NCBI GenBank assembly: GCA_030640665.1
Contig: DAOWIY010000003.1
Location: forward strand, 1-38,136
Direction: 5' to 3'
Source: Clostridia bacterium
GTDB taxonomy: Bacteria; Aerophobota; Aerophobia; Aerophobales; AE-B3A
DNA length: 38,136 nucleotides
Made by a program: the position numbers and the translations under genes. The notes under the pieces are model-generated. The model did not search any database. It was given only the letters and a program-made list of their open reading frames with translations, and was not told where the DNA came from. Of this stretch, positions 17,201 through 26,944 are shown in pieces; positions within the stretch are counted from its first letter, which is position 1; each line of letters starts with the position of its first letter.

Positions 17201-17505
17201 AACAGCCTCTAGGAGGTAGATCCAGACAAGGAGGACAGAGATTTGGGGAAATGGAGGTGTGGGCTTTGGAGGGATATGGAGCAGCTTATACTCTCCAGGA
17301 AATGCTTACCCGCAAGTCAGATGACTTGCGGGGTAGAACCAGCTTACATGAGTGGCTAATAAAAGGAGAAAATGCGTTAGAAATCCAAATTCCTGAATCC
17401 TTTAAGGTGCTGACTAAAGAACTTCAAGCGCTCGGGTTGAATCTAGAGTTCTGGAAAAATGGAAAACGCTTCTCCATCAAAGATATGGAAGAAGGGGATG
17501 AGTAG
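14290..17505 (+). CDS. rpoB: DNA-directed RNA polymerase subunit beta (compact, 1071 aa)
   Basis: Contains blocks [46 protein letters not shown] and [20 protein letters not shown]. Confidence 0.97.
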   Translation: [1071 protein letters not shown]

Positions 17506-17516
17506 GAGATAAAAAA

Positions 17517-19577
17517 TTGTGGAAGATGGATGATATTAATAAGATCAAGGTGAGATTAGCCTCTCCTGAGGAGATAAAGGAGTGGTCCTATGGAGAGGTA
17601 AAGAAGACAGATACTATTAATTACCGTACTTTTAGGCCAGAAAGGAGAGGTCTTTTTTGTGAACAAATCTTTGGTCCTACAAAGAGTTATGAATGTTACT
17701 GTGGTAAATATAGGAAAATGAAATACAAGGGAGTCAAGTGTGAGAGGTGTGGAGTAGAGGTTACTTCTTCTAAAGTTCGCCGGGAAAGAATGGGACATAT
17801 TGAACTGGCTACTCCAGTTGTCCATATCTGGTATGCAAAGAATCACCTACCTCTTTTTTTGGGGCTCAAAAGGAATGATTTGGATAAAATAGTTTATTTT
17901 GTAAATTATTTAGTTATAGACCCGGCCGAGACTCCTTTGAAGAAAATACAGGTTTTAAATGGGGAGGAGTACCAAAGATATAAGGACCTATATGGTGAAG
18001 ATAGTTTCAAGGCAGCCACAGGAGCAGAAGCAATCTTGGAGGTCCTGCAAGCCATAAAGATTGAAAGACTAAGGGAAGAATTAAAGGAGAATCTATTTGC
18101 CGAAAGGACTAAAGGAAAAAGGATAAAGTTAATCAAGCGACTAGAAGTAGTAGAGAGTTTTTTCCACTCAGGGAATAAACCTGAGTGGATGATTTTAAAA
18201 GTTGTTCCTGTTATTCCTCCTGACTTCCGACCCATGGTTCAATTGGAAAGTGGAATTTTTGCCAATTCAGATTTAAATGATTTGTATCGACGGATCATTA
18301 ATCGCAATAACCGTCTTAAATATCTACTAGAAATAGGTGCACCTCAAATAATTATTCAAAACGAGAAAAAAATGCTCCAACAATCTGTAGACGCCCTTTT
18401 TGAAAATGAGAAACTTTCTCAACCTATATTAGGAGCAGGAGGTAGACCTCTTAAGTCTCTAAGTGAGATAGTCAAAGGTAAACAAGGTAGATTTCGGCAG
18501 AATCTCCTTGGCAAAAGAGTTGATTATTCAGGAAGGGGAGTAATCGTACCCGGGCCGGATTTAAAGATTTATCAATGCGGACTGCCCGAAAAGGTAGCCC
18601 TGGAGCTTTTTAAACCCTTCGTCCTTGGAGAAGTTATGCGGGAAGGTAAAGCTGAGACTATAAAAAGGGCTAATGATTTAATAGAAAAGGCCGATTCCTT
18701 TGTTTGGAAGATATTGGAAAAGGTGGTTGAGGATCATCCTATACTCCTAAACCGTGCTCCTACCCTGCATCGTTTAGGAGTCCAGGCTTTTCAACCGGTC
18801 TTAATAGAGGGAAATGCTATTCAGCTGCATCCTCTGGTATGTGCTGCTTTTGGCGCTGATTTTGATGGCGATCAGATGGCCATACATATTCCTCTTTCTT
18901 ATGAGGCCCAGCTTGAGGCAAAAACTTTGCTGCTTTCCAGTAATAATCTTCTTTCTCCTGCCAGTGGCAACCCTGTGGTCACTCCTACTCGGGATATTAC
19001 CGTTGGTTGTTATTATTTGACTATAGAGGGAAAAGGAGAAACCAAGAAGAGAGTTTTCTCTAGTCCGGACGAGGTAATCCTTGCCTATGATTTAGGAAAA
19101 ATAGCCCTTCACCAGCCTATGAAGTTGTTCTTAAAGAAAGGGTGGATAGAGACTACAGTAGGAAGAGTAATTTTCAATAAGGTCCTTCCAGAAGGAATGG
19201 ATTTCGAGAACTTTCCTATAGATAAAGAGAAATTAGGCGAGATCATAAGTAAGGTTTGGAAGAAATATGGAAATGCAGTCACAGTTGAGGTTTTGGATGA
19301 GATGAAAAAGTTAGGATTTGAATATGTTACCAAATCAGGATTAACTTTTGCTATGTCTGATGTACCTGATATACCAGAAAAGAGAGAACTGTTACAGTAC
19401 GAAGAGGATGAGGTAAAGGGATACGACTTATTAGCTGAAGAAGGAAAGATCAGTGAGGAAGAAAGATATATTGAGGTGATTGATTCGAGGATGAGGGTTA
19501 TTGATCAAATAGGAGGAAAGGTATCTCAATCTCTGTCTCGTAATCCTTTTAATCCTCTTTATTTGATGTGGAAATGA
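17517..19577 (+). CDS. rpoC: RNA polymerase subunit beta-prime, N-terminal 686 codons, ending at an in-frame TGA
   Basis: Zn finger CYCGKYRKMKYKGVKCERCGVEV, RFRQNLLGKRVDYSGR, and catalytic loop GADFDGDQMA. TTG 17517 or ATG 17526 is the start. The frame continues directly into the next ORF. Confidence 0.9.
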   Translation: MWKMDDINKIKVRLASPEEIKEWSYGEVKKTDTINYRTFRPERRGLFCEQIFGPTKSYECYCGKYRKMKYKGVKCERCGVEVTSSKVRRERMGHIELATPVVHIWYAKNHLPLFLGLKRNDLDKIVYFVNYLVIDPAETPLKKIQVLNGEEYQRYKDLYGEDSFKAATGAEAILEVLQAIKIERLREELKENLFAERTKGKRIKLIKRLEVVESFFHSGNKPEWMILKVVPVIPPDFRPMVQLESGIFANSDLNDLYRRIINRNNRLKYLLEIGAPQIIIQNEKKMLQQSVDALFENEKLSQPILGAGGRPLKSLSEIVKGKQGRFRQNLLGKRVDYSGRGVIVPGPDLKIYQCGLPEKVALELFKPFVLGEVMREGKAETIKRANDLIEKADSFVWKILEKVVEDHPILLNRAPTLHRLGVQAFQPVLIEGNAIQLHPLVCAAFGADFDGDQMAIHIPLSYEAQLEAKTLLLSSNNLLSPASGNPVVTPTRDITVGCYYLTIEGKGETKKRVFSSPDEVILAYDLGKIALHQPMKLFLKKGWIETTVGRVIFNKVLPEGMDFENFPIDKEKLGEIISKVWKKYGNAVTVEVLDEMKKLGFEYVTKSGLTFAMSDVPDIPEKRELLQYEEDEVKGYDLLAEEGKISEEERYIEVIDSRMRVIDQIGGKVSQSLSRNPFNPLYLMWK

Positions 19578-19619
19578 GGAGGGAGAGGATCTGCTGATCA
19601 GCTGCGCCAGATAATAGGG

Positions 19620-21077
19620 ATGAGGGGTTTGATGGGTAGATCCATAAGGGAGACCTATCGCCGTGAACTTTGGGATGAGGTGTTCAAAAGAAGGTTAAAT
19701 ATTTCTCTGGAATTAATTAAGCAATATTTTTATCCTCTTTCAGGAGGTAGGTTAAAAGGAAGAATTGGAGAGGAGCCTATTAGATCTAGCTTTAAAGAAG
19801 GTCTTACTGGTCCGGAGTATTTTTTTTCTACCTCCGGAGGTAGAAAAGGTTTGGTGGATACTGCTCTAAAAACAGCTTATGCAGGTTATCTTACTCGCAA
19901 GTTAGTGGCTGTAGCTCAAGACCTCGTTATTACTGAGAAGGATTGTGGAACTATTGATGGTTTTTCTATGGAGCCCTTAGTTGAAGAAGGGAAGGTAATG
20001 GAGCCTTTAGAAAAGAGGATATTGGGTAGAGTAACTGCTTCTCCTGTGATAGATCCTTCTACTAAAGAAACCATTATAGGTTCTAATGAGGAAATTACAG
20101 AAGAGCTCGCCCAAAAGATAGAAGAGGTGGGGGTGAAGAAGGTGAAGATTCGTTCTCCCTTATCCTGTCAGGCTAAGTGGGGATTGTGTCAAAGGTGTTA
20201 TGGGTGGGATCTTTCTGTTCATAAACTAGTTGATCTGGGAGAGGCAGTAGGAGTGATAGCAGCACAATCTATAGGTGAACCAGGAACTCAGCTTACCTTA
20301 CGTACATTTCACACAGGGGGAGTATTTCAGAAAGGTGGAGATATTCCTCAGGGTTTACCTCGAGCAACGGAACTTTTTGAACCTCGAAAGAAAAGTTATC
20401 CCCGAAAAGGAGTTATACGACAGCGCAGAGGAGAAGAAGCGCTAATAAGTGAAGTGGAAGGAAAGGTGAGTATAGAAGAAAGAGAGGGGCGCAGTTTTGT
20501 TAAGATTAAAGGAGAAAAGGATGAAGAGGTAATTTATGAAGTGGAAGGAGAAATGTTAGTCTCTGAGGGTGAAACAGTAGAAGCAGGAGAGAAGATAATT
20601 GAAGGAAGTATAAATCCCCGTTCTCTTTTAAGTATAAAAGGGATTAGAGCTGTAGAAAAATATTTGGTTGATCAAACTCAACAGGTTTATAAATCTCAAG
20701 GAGTGGATATTAGCACTAAGCACTTTGAGGTAATTATAAGACAGATGATGAGAAAAGTCCAGGTAGAAGAGCCGGGAGACACAGGTTACCTGCCAGGAGA
20801 ACAAGAGGATAAGATAGAGTTTGAGAAAATCAATAAGGAAATAAAGGAAGGAGGAGGTAAGCCCGCTACGGTAAAGCCTGTTCTTTTAGCTATTCCTAAA
20901 GCAGCACAGGAAAATAAGGAGAGTTTTTTGTCTGCTGCTTCTTTCCAGAGAACGAGGCAAGTTTTAGCTGAGGCAGCGCTCTACGGACAAGTAGATTCTC
21001 TTAGGGGACTTAAAGCAAACGTAATTATCGGTAAGCTAATTCCAGCAGGGACAGGATTTAATCTAAATAAGGAATAA
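19620..21077 (+). CDS. rpoC: RNA polymerase subunit beta-prime, C-terminal part (same frame as 17517..19577)
   Basis: Homology already resumes at 19578 ([19 protein letters not shown]). Contains bridge helix [24 protein letters not shown] and trigger loop [17 protein letters not shown]. The ATG at 19620 is only the ORF-finder start. Confidence 0.9.
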   Translation: MRGLMGRSIRETYRRELWDEVFKRRLNISLELIKQYFYPLSGGRLKGRIGEEPIRSSFKEGLTGPEYFFSTSGGRKGLVDTALKTAYAGYLTRKLVAVAQDLVITEKDCGTIDGFSMEPLVEEGKVMEPLEKRILGRVTASPVIDPSTKETIIGSNEEITEELAQKIEEVGVKKVKIRSPLSCQAKWGLCQRCYGWDLSVHKLVDLGEAVGVIAAQSIGEPGTQLTLRTFHTGGVFQKGGDIPQGLPRATELFEPRKKSYPRKGVIRQRRGEEALISEVEGKVSIEEREGRSFVKIKGEKDEEVIYEVEGEMLVSEGETVEAGEKIIEGSINPRSLLSIKGIRAVEKYLVDQTQQVYKSQGVDISTKHFEVIIRQMMRKVQVEEPGDTGYLPGEQEDKIEFEKINKEIKEGGGKPATVKPVLLAIPKAAQENKESFLSAASFQRTRQVLAEAALYGQVDSLRGLKANVIIGKLIPAGTGFNLNKE

Positions 21078-21080
21078 CCA

Positions 21081-21449
21081 ATGCCTACCATAAGTCAGTT
21101 GTTAAGAAAAGGACGCAGAGGTACGAAGAAAAAAAACAAGAGCTTGGCTTTGCAAGGGTCACCTCAGAAGAAAGGGGTCTGTGTTAGCGTGAGGACACTT
21201 ACTCCTAAAAAGCCTAATTCAGCTTTGAGAAAAGTAGCCAGAGTTAGATTATCTAATGGGAAAATGGTAACTGCCTATGTTCCTGGAGAAGGACATAACT
21301 TACAAGAGCATTCTATAGTTCTGGTGAGAGGAGGAAGGGTTAGAGATTTACCAGGAGTAAAATATCACATTATTCGAGGTACATTGGATACAATGGGAGT
21401 AGAAGGAAGAAAACAAGCTCGGTCTAAATATGGGAAGAAGAGAGGATAG
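21081..21449 (+). CDS. rpsL: 30S ribosomal protein S12
   Basis: 122 aa with [27 protein letters not shown] and [13 protein letters not shown]. Confidence 0.97.
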   Translation: MPTISQLLRKGRRGTKKKNKSLALQGSPQKKGVCVSVRTLTPKKPNSALRKVARVRLSNGKMVTAYVPGEGHNLQEHSIVLVRGGRVRDLPGVKYHIIRGTLDTMGVEGRKQARSKYGKKRG

Positions 21450-21460
21450 GGGAGTTTTAA

Positions 21461-21931
21461 ATGGCCAGACGAAGAATATCAAAGAAAAGGGCTATCTCTT
21501 CAGATTCTATGTATAATAGCCAAGTAGTAAGTAAATTTATTAATAAGATAATGAAAGGGGGGGAGAGGGGTAAAGCGGAAGCTATTTTCTATGGATCTTT
21601 TGATATTATAGGGAAAAGAGAGAAGAAAAACCCTCTGGAAGTTTTTTTAAGGGCCCTGGAAAACGTTAAGCCCGTTTTAGAGGTTCGCTCTCGGCGAGTA
21701 GGAGGAGCTACTTATCAAATACCAACGGAGGTTAGGCCAGAAAGGCGAGAAACTTTAGCTATTCGGTGGATACTTTATTTTACTCGGCAGAGAAAAGGTA
21801 AACCAATGAAGGAGAGATTAGCTGAAGAACTTACAATGGCTTCTCGAGGGGAAGGGTTAGCCGTAAAAAAGAGAGAAGATACCCATCGTATGGCAGAGGC
21901 TAATCGAGCTTTTGCTCATTATCGATGGTAA
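21461..21931 (+). CDS. rpsG: 30S ribosomal protein S7
   Basis: 156 aa with [16 protein letters not shown] and the C-terminal NRAFAHYRW. Confidence 0.97.
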   Translation: MARRRISKKRAISSDSMYNSQVVSKFINKIMKGGERGKAEAIFYGSFDIIGKREKKNPLEVFLRALENVKPVLEVRSRRVGGATYQIPTEVRPERRETLAIRWILYFTRQRKGKPMKERLAEELTMASRGEGLAVKKREDTHRMAEANRAFAHYRW

Positions 21932-21933
21932 TG

Positions 21934-21958
21934 AAAAATAGGAATACATCCTATTTTT
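21934..21958 (+). terminator. AU-rich perfect hairpin directly after rpsG (attenuator/terminator-like)
   Basis: AAAAATAGGA-ATACA-TCCTATTTTT forms a 10 bp stem. The T-run is part of the stem, so terminator strength is doubtful. Confidence 0.3.
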
Positions 21959-22033
21959 CTCGTATATCGTGAAGAAAAAAGTAAAGAAGCAAGAATCCAC
22001 AAGATACGAGATACAAACAACGAGATACGAATT
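21957..22033. repeat. intergenic heptamer-repeat cassette E4 (short 5' arm, long ACGA-type 3' arm)
   Basis: CTCGTATATCGTG at 21959-21971 pairs with CACAAGATACGAG at 21998-22010. The rest of the 3' arm, ATACAAACAACGAGATACGAATT, has no local partner. Confidence 0.75.
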
Positions 22034-22051
22034 ATTAAATCCAGGTTGAGA

Positions 22052-24133
22052 ATGAAAGAACATAATTCTTTACATAAAATCAGGAATATAGGTATAGTAG
22101 CCCATATAGATGCGGGCAAGACGACAACCACCGAACGTATTTTATATTATACAGGGAAAATTCATAAAGTGGGTGAGGTACACGAGGGTGCAGCGGTGAT
22201 GGATTGGATGGAGCAAGAAAAAGAAAGAGGTATTACCATAACCTCCGCTGCTACTACCTGTTTTTGGAAAGATTACCGCATTAATATCATAGATACACCG
22301 GGTCATGTAGATTTTACTGCAGAGGTAGAAAGGACTCTCAGGGTGTTGGATGGCGTGGTGGTTATCTTTTGTGGAGTAGGGGGAGTTGAACCTCAATCAG
22401 AGACAGTTTGGCGGCAGGCTGAGCGTTATCATATTCCCCGTCTCACTTTTATTAACAAGTTGGATAGAGTAGGAGCTAATTTCTATCAGGTCCTAGAGGC
22501 GATAAAAGAAAGATTCAAGCTTGTTCCTTTGCCCCTTCAGATTCCCGTTGGCAAGGAAGAGAATTTCCGGGGAGTAATAGATTTAGTAAAGATGAAGGTT
22601 TTAACCTGGGAAGGGGATGACTTGGAAGCTAAGATCTTGGAAGAAAAAATTCCTTTTTATTTAAAAGAAAAAGCTTATCATTGGCATAATTACTTAATGG
22701 AAAAGATAGCGGAAGAGAGTGAAGAATGCCTGGAAAGGCTCCTCGAGGAAGGAGTCTTGGAGGTAGAGAGGATAAAGAAAGAGATAAGATCTATGACTAT
22801 GACCCATAAGGCTGTTCCCATCCTTTGTGGGAGTGCTTTAAAGAATAAAGGAGTTCGGCTTCTGTTGGATGCTGTGGTGGATTATCTTCCTTCTCCTTTA
22901 GATATTTTACCCGCGGAGGGATTAAATCCACTAAATAAACAAAAAGAGGAGAGAAAGCCCTCTCTTGAAGAACCTTTCTCTAGTCTGGCTTTTAAAGTGG
23001 TAACTGATCCTTATGTGGGTAGATTAACCTATTTTAGGGTTTACTCGGGGAGAATTAAGGCTGGTTCTTTTGTTTATAATTCTACAAAGGGTCAAAAGGA
23101 AAGAATAGCTAGAATTCTGGAGATGCATGCTAATTATCGAACGGAAAAAGAAGAGATTTTTGCCGGCGAGATAGGAGCAGCCATAGGTCTAAAGAATGTA
23201 GATACGGGAGATTCTCTTTGTGAAAAAGGCTCTCCCATAATCTTTGAAGCGATGAGGTTTGTCGAACCGGTAATTTCTGTAGCCATCGAGCCAAAGACAA
23301 AATTAGATGAGGATAAGTTGTCTATCTGTTTATCCAAGCTAGCCCAGGAGGATCCTACTTTCAAGATTCGCCAGGATAGTGAAACAGGACAAACCATAAT
23401 TTCAGGAATGGGTCAACTTCATTTAGAGGTTATTCTACATAGAGTTCAACGGGAGTTTAAGGTTGGGGTAAATGTAGGTAAACCTCGGGTTGCTTACAAG
23501 GAGGCTATAAAGAAAAAGGTCCAGGCCCGCGGTCAGTATATCCGTCAGAGTGGAGGAAAGGGCCAATACGGCGATGTGTATCTTGAGATTGAACCAAAAA
23601 AAGACCAGGAGGAGATTTTTGTAGACAAAACCAGAGGAGCACCTATTCCTAAAGAATTTATTCCTGCTATAAAGAAAGGGATTAAAGAGGCTATGTCAGC
23701 GGGGGCATTAGCAGGCTATCCATTAGTGGATGTTAAGTCTACCCTTCTCGATGGTTCCTATCATCCGGTAGATTCTTCTGAATTTGCTTTTAGAACTGCC
23801 GCTTCTATCGCTTTCAAAAAGGCATCTCGACAGGCTGGACTTTATTTGCTAGAGCCTATGATGAAGGTAGAGATAAAGACCCCTGAGACTTTTATAGGTG
23901 AGGTGATGGGAGATATTACCAGTCGGCGAGGGCGAGTTTATGACATGGGAATAGAAGGAGAAGTTCGTTATATTGATGCTTGTATTCCATTGGCTGAATT
24001 ATTTAATTATGTTACAAGGCTGCGTTCTCTAACTCGGGGAAGGGGTGTCCCTAATATAGAGTTTTCTCATTATGAGGAGGTACCCCCTGGTATAGCTCAA
24101 GGAATTGTTGGAAAGGGAGGGAGGAATGCCTAA
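22052..24133 (+). CDS. fusA: elongation factor G
   Basis: ORF track start is 22046 (TTG); ATG 22052 is preferred. Contains [23 protein letters not shown] and NKLD. Confidence 0.96.
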   Translation: MKEHNSLHKIRNIGIVAHIDAGKTTTTERILYYTGKIHKVGEVHEGAAVMDWMEQEKERGITITSAATTCFWKDYRINIIDTPGHVDFTAEVERTLRVLDGVVVIFCGVGGVEPQSETVWRQAERYHIPRLTFINKLDRVGANFYQVLEAIKERFKLVPLPLQIPVGKEENFRGVIDLVKMKVLTWEGDDLEAKILEEKIPFYLKEKAYHWHNYLMEKIAEESEECLERLLEEGVLEVERIKKEIRSMTMTHKAVPILCGSALKNKGVRLLLDAVVDYLPSPLDILPAEGLNPLNKQKEERKPSLEEPFSSLAFKVVTDPYVGRLTYFRVYSGRIKAGSFVYNSTKGQKERIARILEMHANYRTEKEEIFAGEIGAAIGLKNVDTGDSLCEKGSPIIFEAMRFVEPVISVAIEPKTKLDEDKLSICLSKLAQEDPTFKIRQDSETGQTIISGMGQLHLEVILHRVQREFKVGVNVGKPRVAYKEAIKKKVQARGQYIRQSGGKGQYGDVYLEIEPKKDQEEIFVDKTRGAPIPKEFIPAIKKGIKEAMSAGALAGYPLVDVKSTLLDGSYHPVDSSEFAFRTAASIAFKKASRQAGLYLLEPMMKVEIKTPETFIGEVMGDITSRRGRVYDMGIEGEVRYIDACIPLAELFNYVTRLRSLTRGRGVPNIEFSHYEEVPPGIAQGIVGKGGRNA

Positions 24134-24440
24134 ACAGAAGATTAGGATTAGGATTAGGTTAAAGGCTTATGATCATAAAATATTAGACCAGTCGGTAAAG
24201 CGAATTATTGAGACAATAGAGAGAACAGGAGCGAAAATTTGTGGTCCTATTCCCTTACCAACAAAGATCAGTCGGTTTACAGTAGTAAAATCTCCTCATG
24301 CCGACAAGGACGCCCGAGAACAATTTGAGTTGCGAGTTCACAAGAGACTGATAGATATCTTGGAATCTAATCCTAAAACAGTAGATGCTTTGATGGGGAT
24401 GAATCTTCCTACAGGCGTGCATGTAGAGGTTAAGTTATGA
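24126..24440 (+). CDS. rpsJ: 30S ribosomal protein S10
   Basis: ATG 24126 after GGGAGGGAGG gives [21 protein letters not shown]. It overlaps the fusA end by 8 nt. The ORF-track TTG 24105 is too long. Confidence 0.95.
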   Translation: MPKQKIRIRIRLKAYDHKILDQSVKRIIETIERTGAKICGPIPLPTKISRFTVVKSPHADKDAREQFELRVHKRLIDILESNPKTVDALMGMNLPTGVHVEVKL

Positions 24441-25063
24441 TGAAGGCAATTTTAGGGAAAAAACTTGGAATGACTCAGGTATTTAATAAAGATTCTCTTG
24501 TTCCTGTAACTGTAGTGCAGGCGGGTCCCTGTGTGGTGGTTCAGAAAAAAGTGAAGGAGAAAGATGGATATAACGCAATCCAGTTGGGTTTTGTAGAAAT
24601 AAGAGAGAATCAGATTAATAAACCAGAGTTAGGGCACTTCAAAAAAGGCGAAGTTCATCCTCGAAGGTACCTTAAGGAAATGAGGGTAGAAGATGTTAAC
24701 CAATTAAGGGTTGGAGATAAGATTAAAGTAGATATTTTTAAAGAGGGCGATCTGGTTAATGTTGTTGGTATTTCTAAAGGAAAAGGATTTGCAGGAGTAG
24801 TTAAAAGATACGGCTTTAAAGGTGGTCCTGCCTCTCATGGGGCAAAGCTCTGGCATCGTCGGCCTGGTTCTATAGGGGCTTCTGCCGATCCTTCCCGAGT
24901 ATTTAAGGGTAAAAAAATGCCAGGGAGAATGGGGACGGAAAGAAAGACAATCTGTAATTTGAAGATAGTAAAAGTAGACAAGGAGGAAAATCTCCTTTTA
25001 ATTAAAGGAAGTCTTCCAGGGAAAAGGGGAGCGTTATTGACCATAAGTGGTGCTAGGGGTTAA
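24437..25063 (+). CDS. rplC: 50S ribosomal protein L3
   Basis: 208 aa with [12 protein letters not shown] and FKGGPASHG. Confidence 0.96.
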   Translation: MMKAILGKKLGMTQVFNKDSLVPVTVVQAGPCVVVQKKVKEKDGYNAIQLGFVEIRENQINKPELGHFKKGEVHPRRYLKEMRVEDVNQLRVGDKIKVDIFKEGDLVNVVGISKGKGFAGVVKRYGFKGGPASHGAKLWHRRPGSIGASADPSRVFKGKKMPGRMGTERKTICNLKIVKVDKEENLLLIKGSLPGKRGALLTISGARG

Positions 25064-25065
25064 GA

Positions 25066-25689
25066 ATGGAAGTAAAGGTTTATAATATGCAGGGCAAGGA
25101 AGTAGAGAAAATTTCTCTGGACAAAGATGTCTTTGAGGGGGAGATCAATCAGGCTGTCTTAAGAGAAGCTGTCCTAGCTTACGAAGCTGCCCGGCGGCAG
25201 GGAACAGCTTCTACTAAAAGTCGAAGTGAAGTAAAAGGAGGGGGAAGGAAACCCTGGATGCAGAAAGGTACAGGTAGAGCAAGGGCAGGAAGTATTCGTT
25301 CACCCCTTTGGGTAGGGGGAGGAGTTATTTTTGGACCAAAACCTAGAAGTTTTAGATATTCTTTACCTCAAAAGGTGAAACGATTAGCTTTAAAATTTAG
25401 TCTAAGGAAGAGGCTCAAAGAGAGAAGTTTGTTTGTTCTAGATAAGGTATCCGTTAACAAGGGGAAAACCAGAGAAATGGCAGAGTTTCTTCAAAGATTA
25501 GGGCTAGAAGGAAAGACTTTACTTATTTTAGATAAATGGGATGAGAGGATAATGAGGTCATCTTCCAATTTAAAAAATCTAACTCTTTGTCTTTCTTCTA
25601 TTGCCTGTGGGTACGATGTTCTCTCTCATCCTAATCTATGCCTGACTAAAGAAGCATTGAGTATTATAGTGGAAAGATTAAAAAAATGA
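25066..25689 (+). CDS. rplD: 50S ribosomal protein L4
   Basis: 207 aa with GGGRKPWMQKGTGRARAGSIRSPLWVGGG. Confidence 0.96.
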   Translation: MEVKVYNMQGKEVEKISLDKDVFEGEINQAVLREAVLAYEAARRQGTASTKSRSEVKGGGRKPWMQKGTGRARAGSIRSPLWVGGGVIFGPKPRSFRYSLPQKVKRLALKFSLRKRLKERSLFVLDKVSVNKGKTREMAEFLQRLGLEGKTLLILDKWDERIMRSSSNLKNLTLCLSSIACGYDVLSHPNLCLTKEALSIIVERLKK

Positions 25690-25976
25690 GTGAAATTCCT
25701 CAAGCTATTATTCTAGAACCTGTAGTTTCAGAGAAAGGGACGCAGTTATTAAGGGAGAATAAATATGTGTTCAAGGTTTCTCTGAAGGCAGGTAAAGTTG
25801 AGATCAAAAAGGCAGTGGAAGAGTTATTCAAAGTAAGAGTTGAAAATGTCAGAACTATGCATGTGAGGAGCAAAACTAGAAAACGGCGGGGTCGAGTTCT
25901 AGAGAAGAGCTCCCATTGGAAAAAAGCTATAGTAAAATTGAAAGAAGGGGAAGCTATTGAGGAGTTAGGAGTCTAG
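25686..25976 (+). CDS. rplW: 50S ribosomal protein L23
   Basis: 96 aa; position and the KYVFKV...KKAVEELF pattern fit L23. Confidence 0.93.
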   Translation: MSEIPQAIILEPVVSEKGTQLLRENKYVFKVSLKAGKVEIKKAVEELFKVRVENVRTMHVRSKTRKRRGRVLEKSSHWKKAIVKLKEGEAIEELGV

Positions 25977-25978
25977 GT

Positions 25979-26812
25979 ATGCCTGTAAAAATTTATAAAC
26001 CTACTTCTCCCGGCAAGAGGCGAAAAAGTGGATATAGTTTTTCTGAAATTACCAGGAAAAAATCGGAAAAAAGCCTCGTTGTCAGTTTAGGGAAAAAAGC
26101 TGGTAGAAATAATCAAGGCAGAATCAGCATAAGGCACAGAGGAGGGGGAGCCAAGAGAAAGTACCGCCTGATTGATTTCAAAAGAGACAAAGAAAAGGTT
26201 CCAGCTTATGTTGCTTCCATTGAATATGATCCTAATAGGTCAGCCAGAATTGCTCTTCTCCATTACAAGGATGGAGAAAAAAGATATATAATCGCTCCCT
26301 TGACTTTAAAAGTAGGAGATGAGATTATTTCAGGTGAAGAAGCTGCGCTAAAACCTGGAAATGCTCTTCCTTTACGAAAGATTCCTGAAGGAAGTTTCAT
26401 TTACAATATTGAGTTAAAAAAAGGGAAAGGGGGCCAATTGGTTCGATCTGCGGGAACAAGTGCTGAGCTTTTAAGTAAAGAGGGGAAGTTTGCTCAAATT
26501 AAGCTTCCCTCAAGTGAAGTGAGGCTGATTCCTTTGGAATGTAAGGCTACCTTAGGCCAGGTAGGAAATTTAGAACATGAAAACATTATAATTGGCAAAG
26601 CTGGTAGATCTAGATGGTTAGGTCGGCGTCCTCGGGTACGGGGATCAGCTATGAACCCTGTAGATCATCCTCATGGAGGAGGAGAAGGTCGTAGTGGTCC
26701 AGGAAGGCATCCGGTGAGTCCACAGGGTAAGCCTGCTAAAGGGGGAAAAACCCGAAAAAAGAGGAAATTCTCAGATAAATTCATCGTTCAAAGAAGGAAA
26801 AAGAAGCGATAA
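25979..26812 (+). CDS. rplB: 50S ribosomal protein L2
   Basis: 277 aa with [12 protein letters not shown] and [16 protein letters not shown]. Confidence 0.97.
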   Translation: MPVKIYKPTSPGKRRKSGYSFSEITRKKSEKSLVVSLGKKAGRNNQGRISIRHRGGGAKRKYRLIDFKRDKEKVPAYVASIEYDPNRSARIALLHYKDGEKRYIIAPLTLKVGDEIISGEEAALKPGNALPLRKIPEGSFIYNIELKKGKGGQLVRSAGTSAELLSKEGKFAQIKLPSSEVRLIPLECKATLGQVGNLEHENIIIGKAGRSRWLGRRPRVRGSAMNPVDHPHGGGEGRSGPGRHPVSPQGKPAKGGKTRKKRKFSDKFIVQRRKKKR

Positions 26813-26884
26813 ATTCGTATCTCGTTGTTCGTATCTCGTGAAAGAAATTTCCTCTCCCCTTGGGGAGAGGATTAAGGTGAGGGG
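26812..26884. repeat. intergenic heptamer-repeat cassette E5 (solo TCGT-type arm plus internal hairpin module)
   Basis: AATTCGTATCTCGTTGTTCGTATCTCGTG starts in the last base of the rplB TAA. It is followed by hairpin CCTCTCCC-CTTG-GGGAGAGG (26851-26870) and GGTGAGGGG (26876-26884). There is no local complementary arm. Confidence 0.75.
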
Positions 26885-26944
26885 AAAAGTAACCAATTAA
26901 CTAGTTGAACTAATTAACTAACGAAGAAGAAGGGAGAGAAAAGT

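Noticed and set aside
19575-19577. Alternative genetic code (TGA as Gly or Trp) explaining the rpoC interruption
   Set aside because: TGA terminates many genes in this window at the expected protein ends, often as ATGA stop/start overlaps (ino1, hflK, rpsJ, rplD, rplP, infA and others). No other conserved gene shows an internal TGA.
19575-19640. Selenocysteine insertion at the rpoC TGA
   Set aside because: The downstream sequence has only a short GCTGATCAGC palindrome, and I could not fold a bacterial SECIS-like hairpin at the right distance. The aligned residue is a structural Ser in a non-redox protein.
17517-21077. Cyanobacterial-type rpoC1/rpoC2 or archaeal A'/A'' split
   Set aside because: Those natural splits lie elsewhere; the cyanobacterial one is more than 100 residues upstream of the SGARG motif. 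They also come with proper start signals. Here a single stop sits inside a conserved motif with no usable restart.
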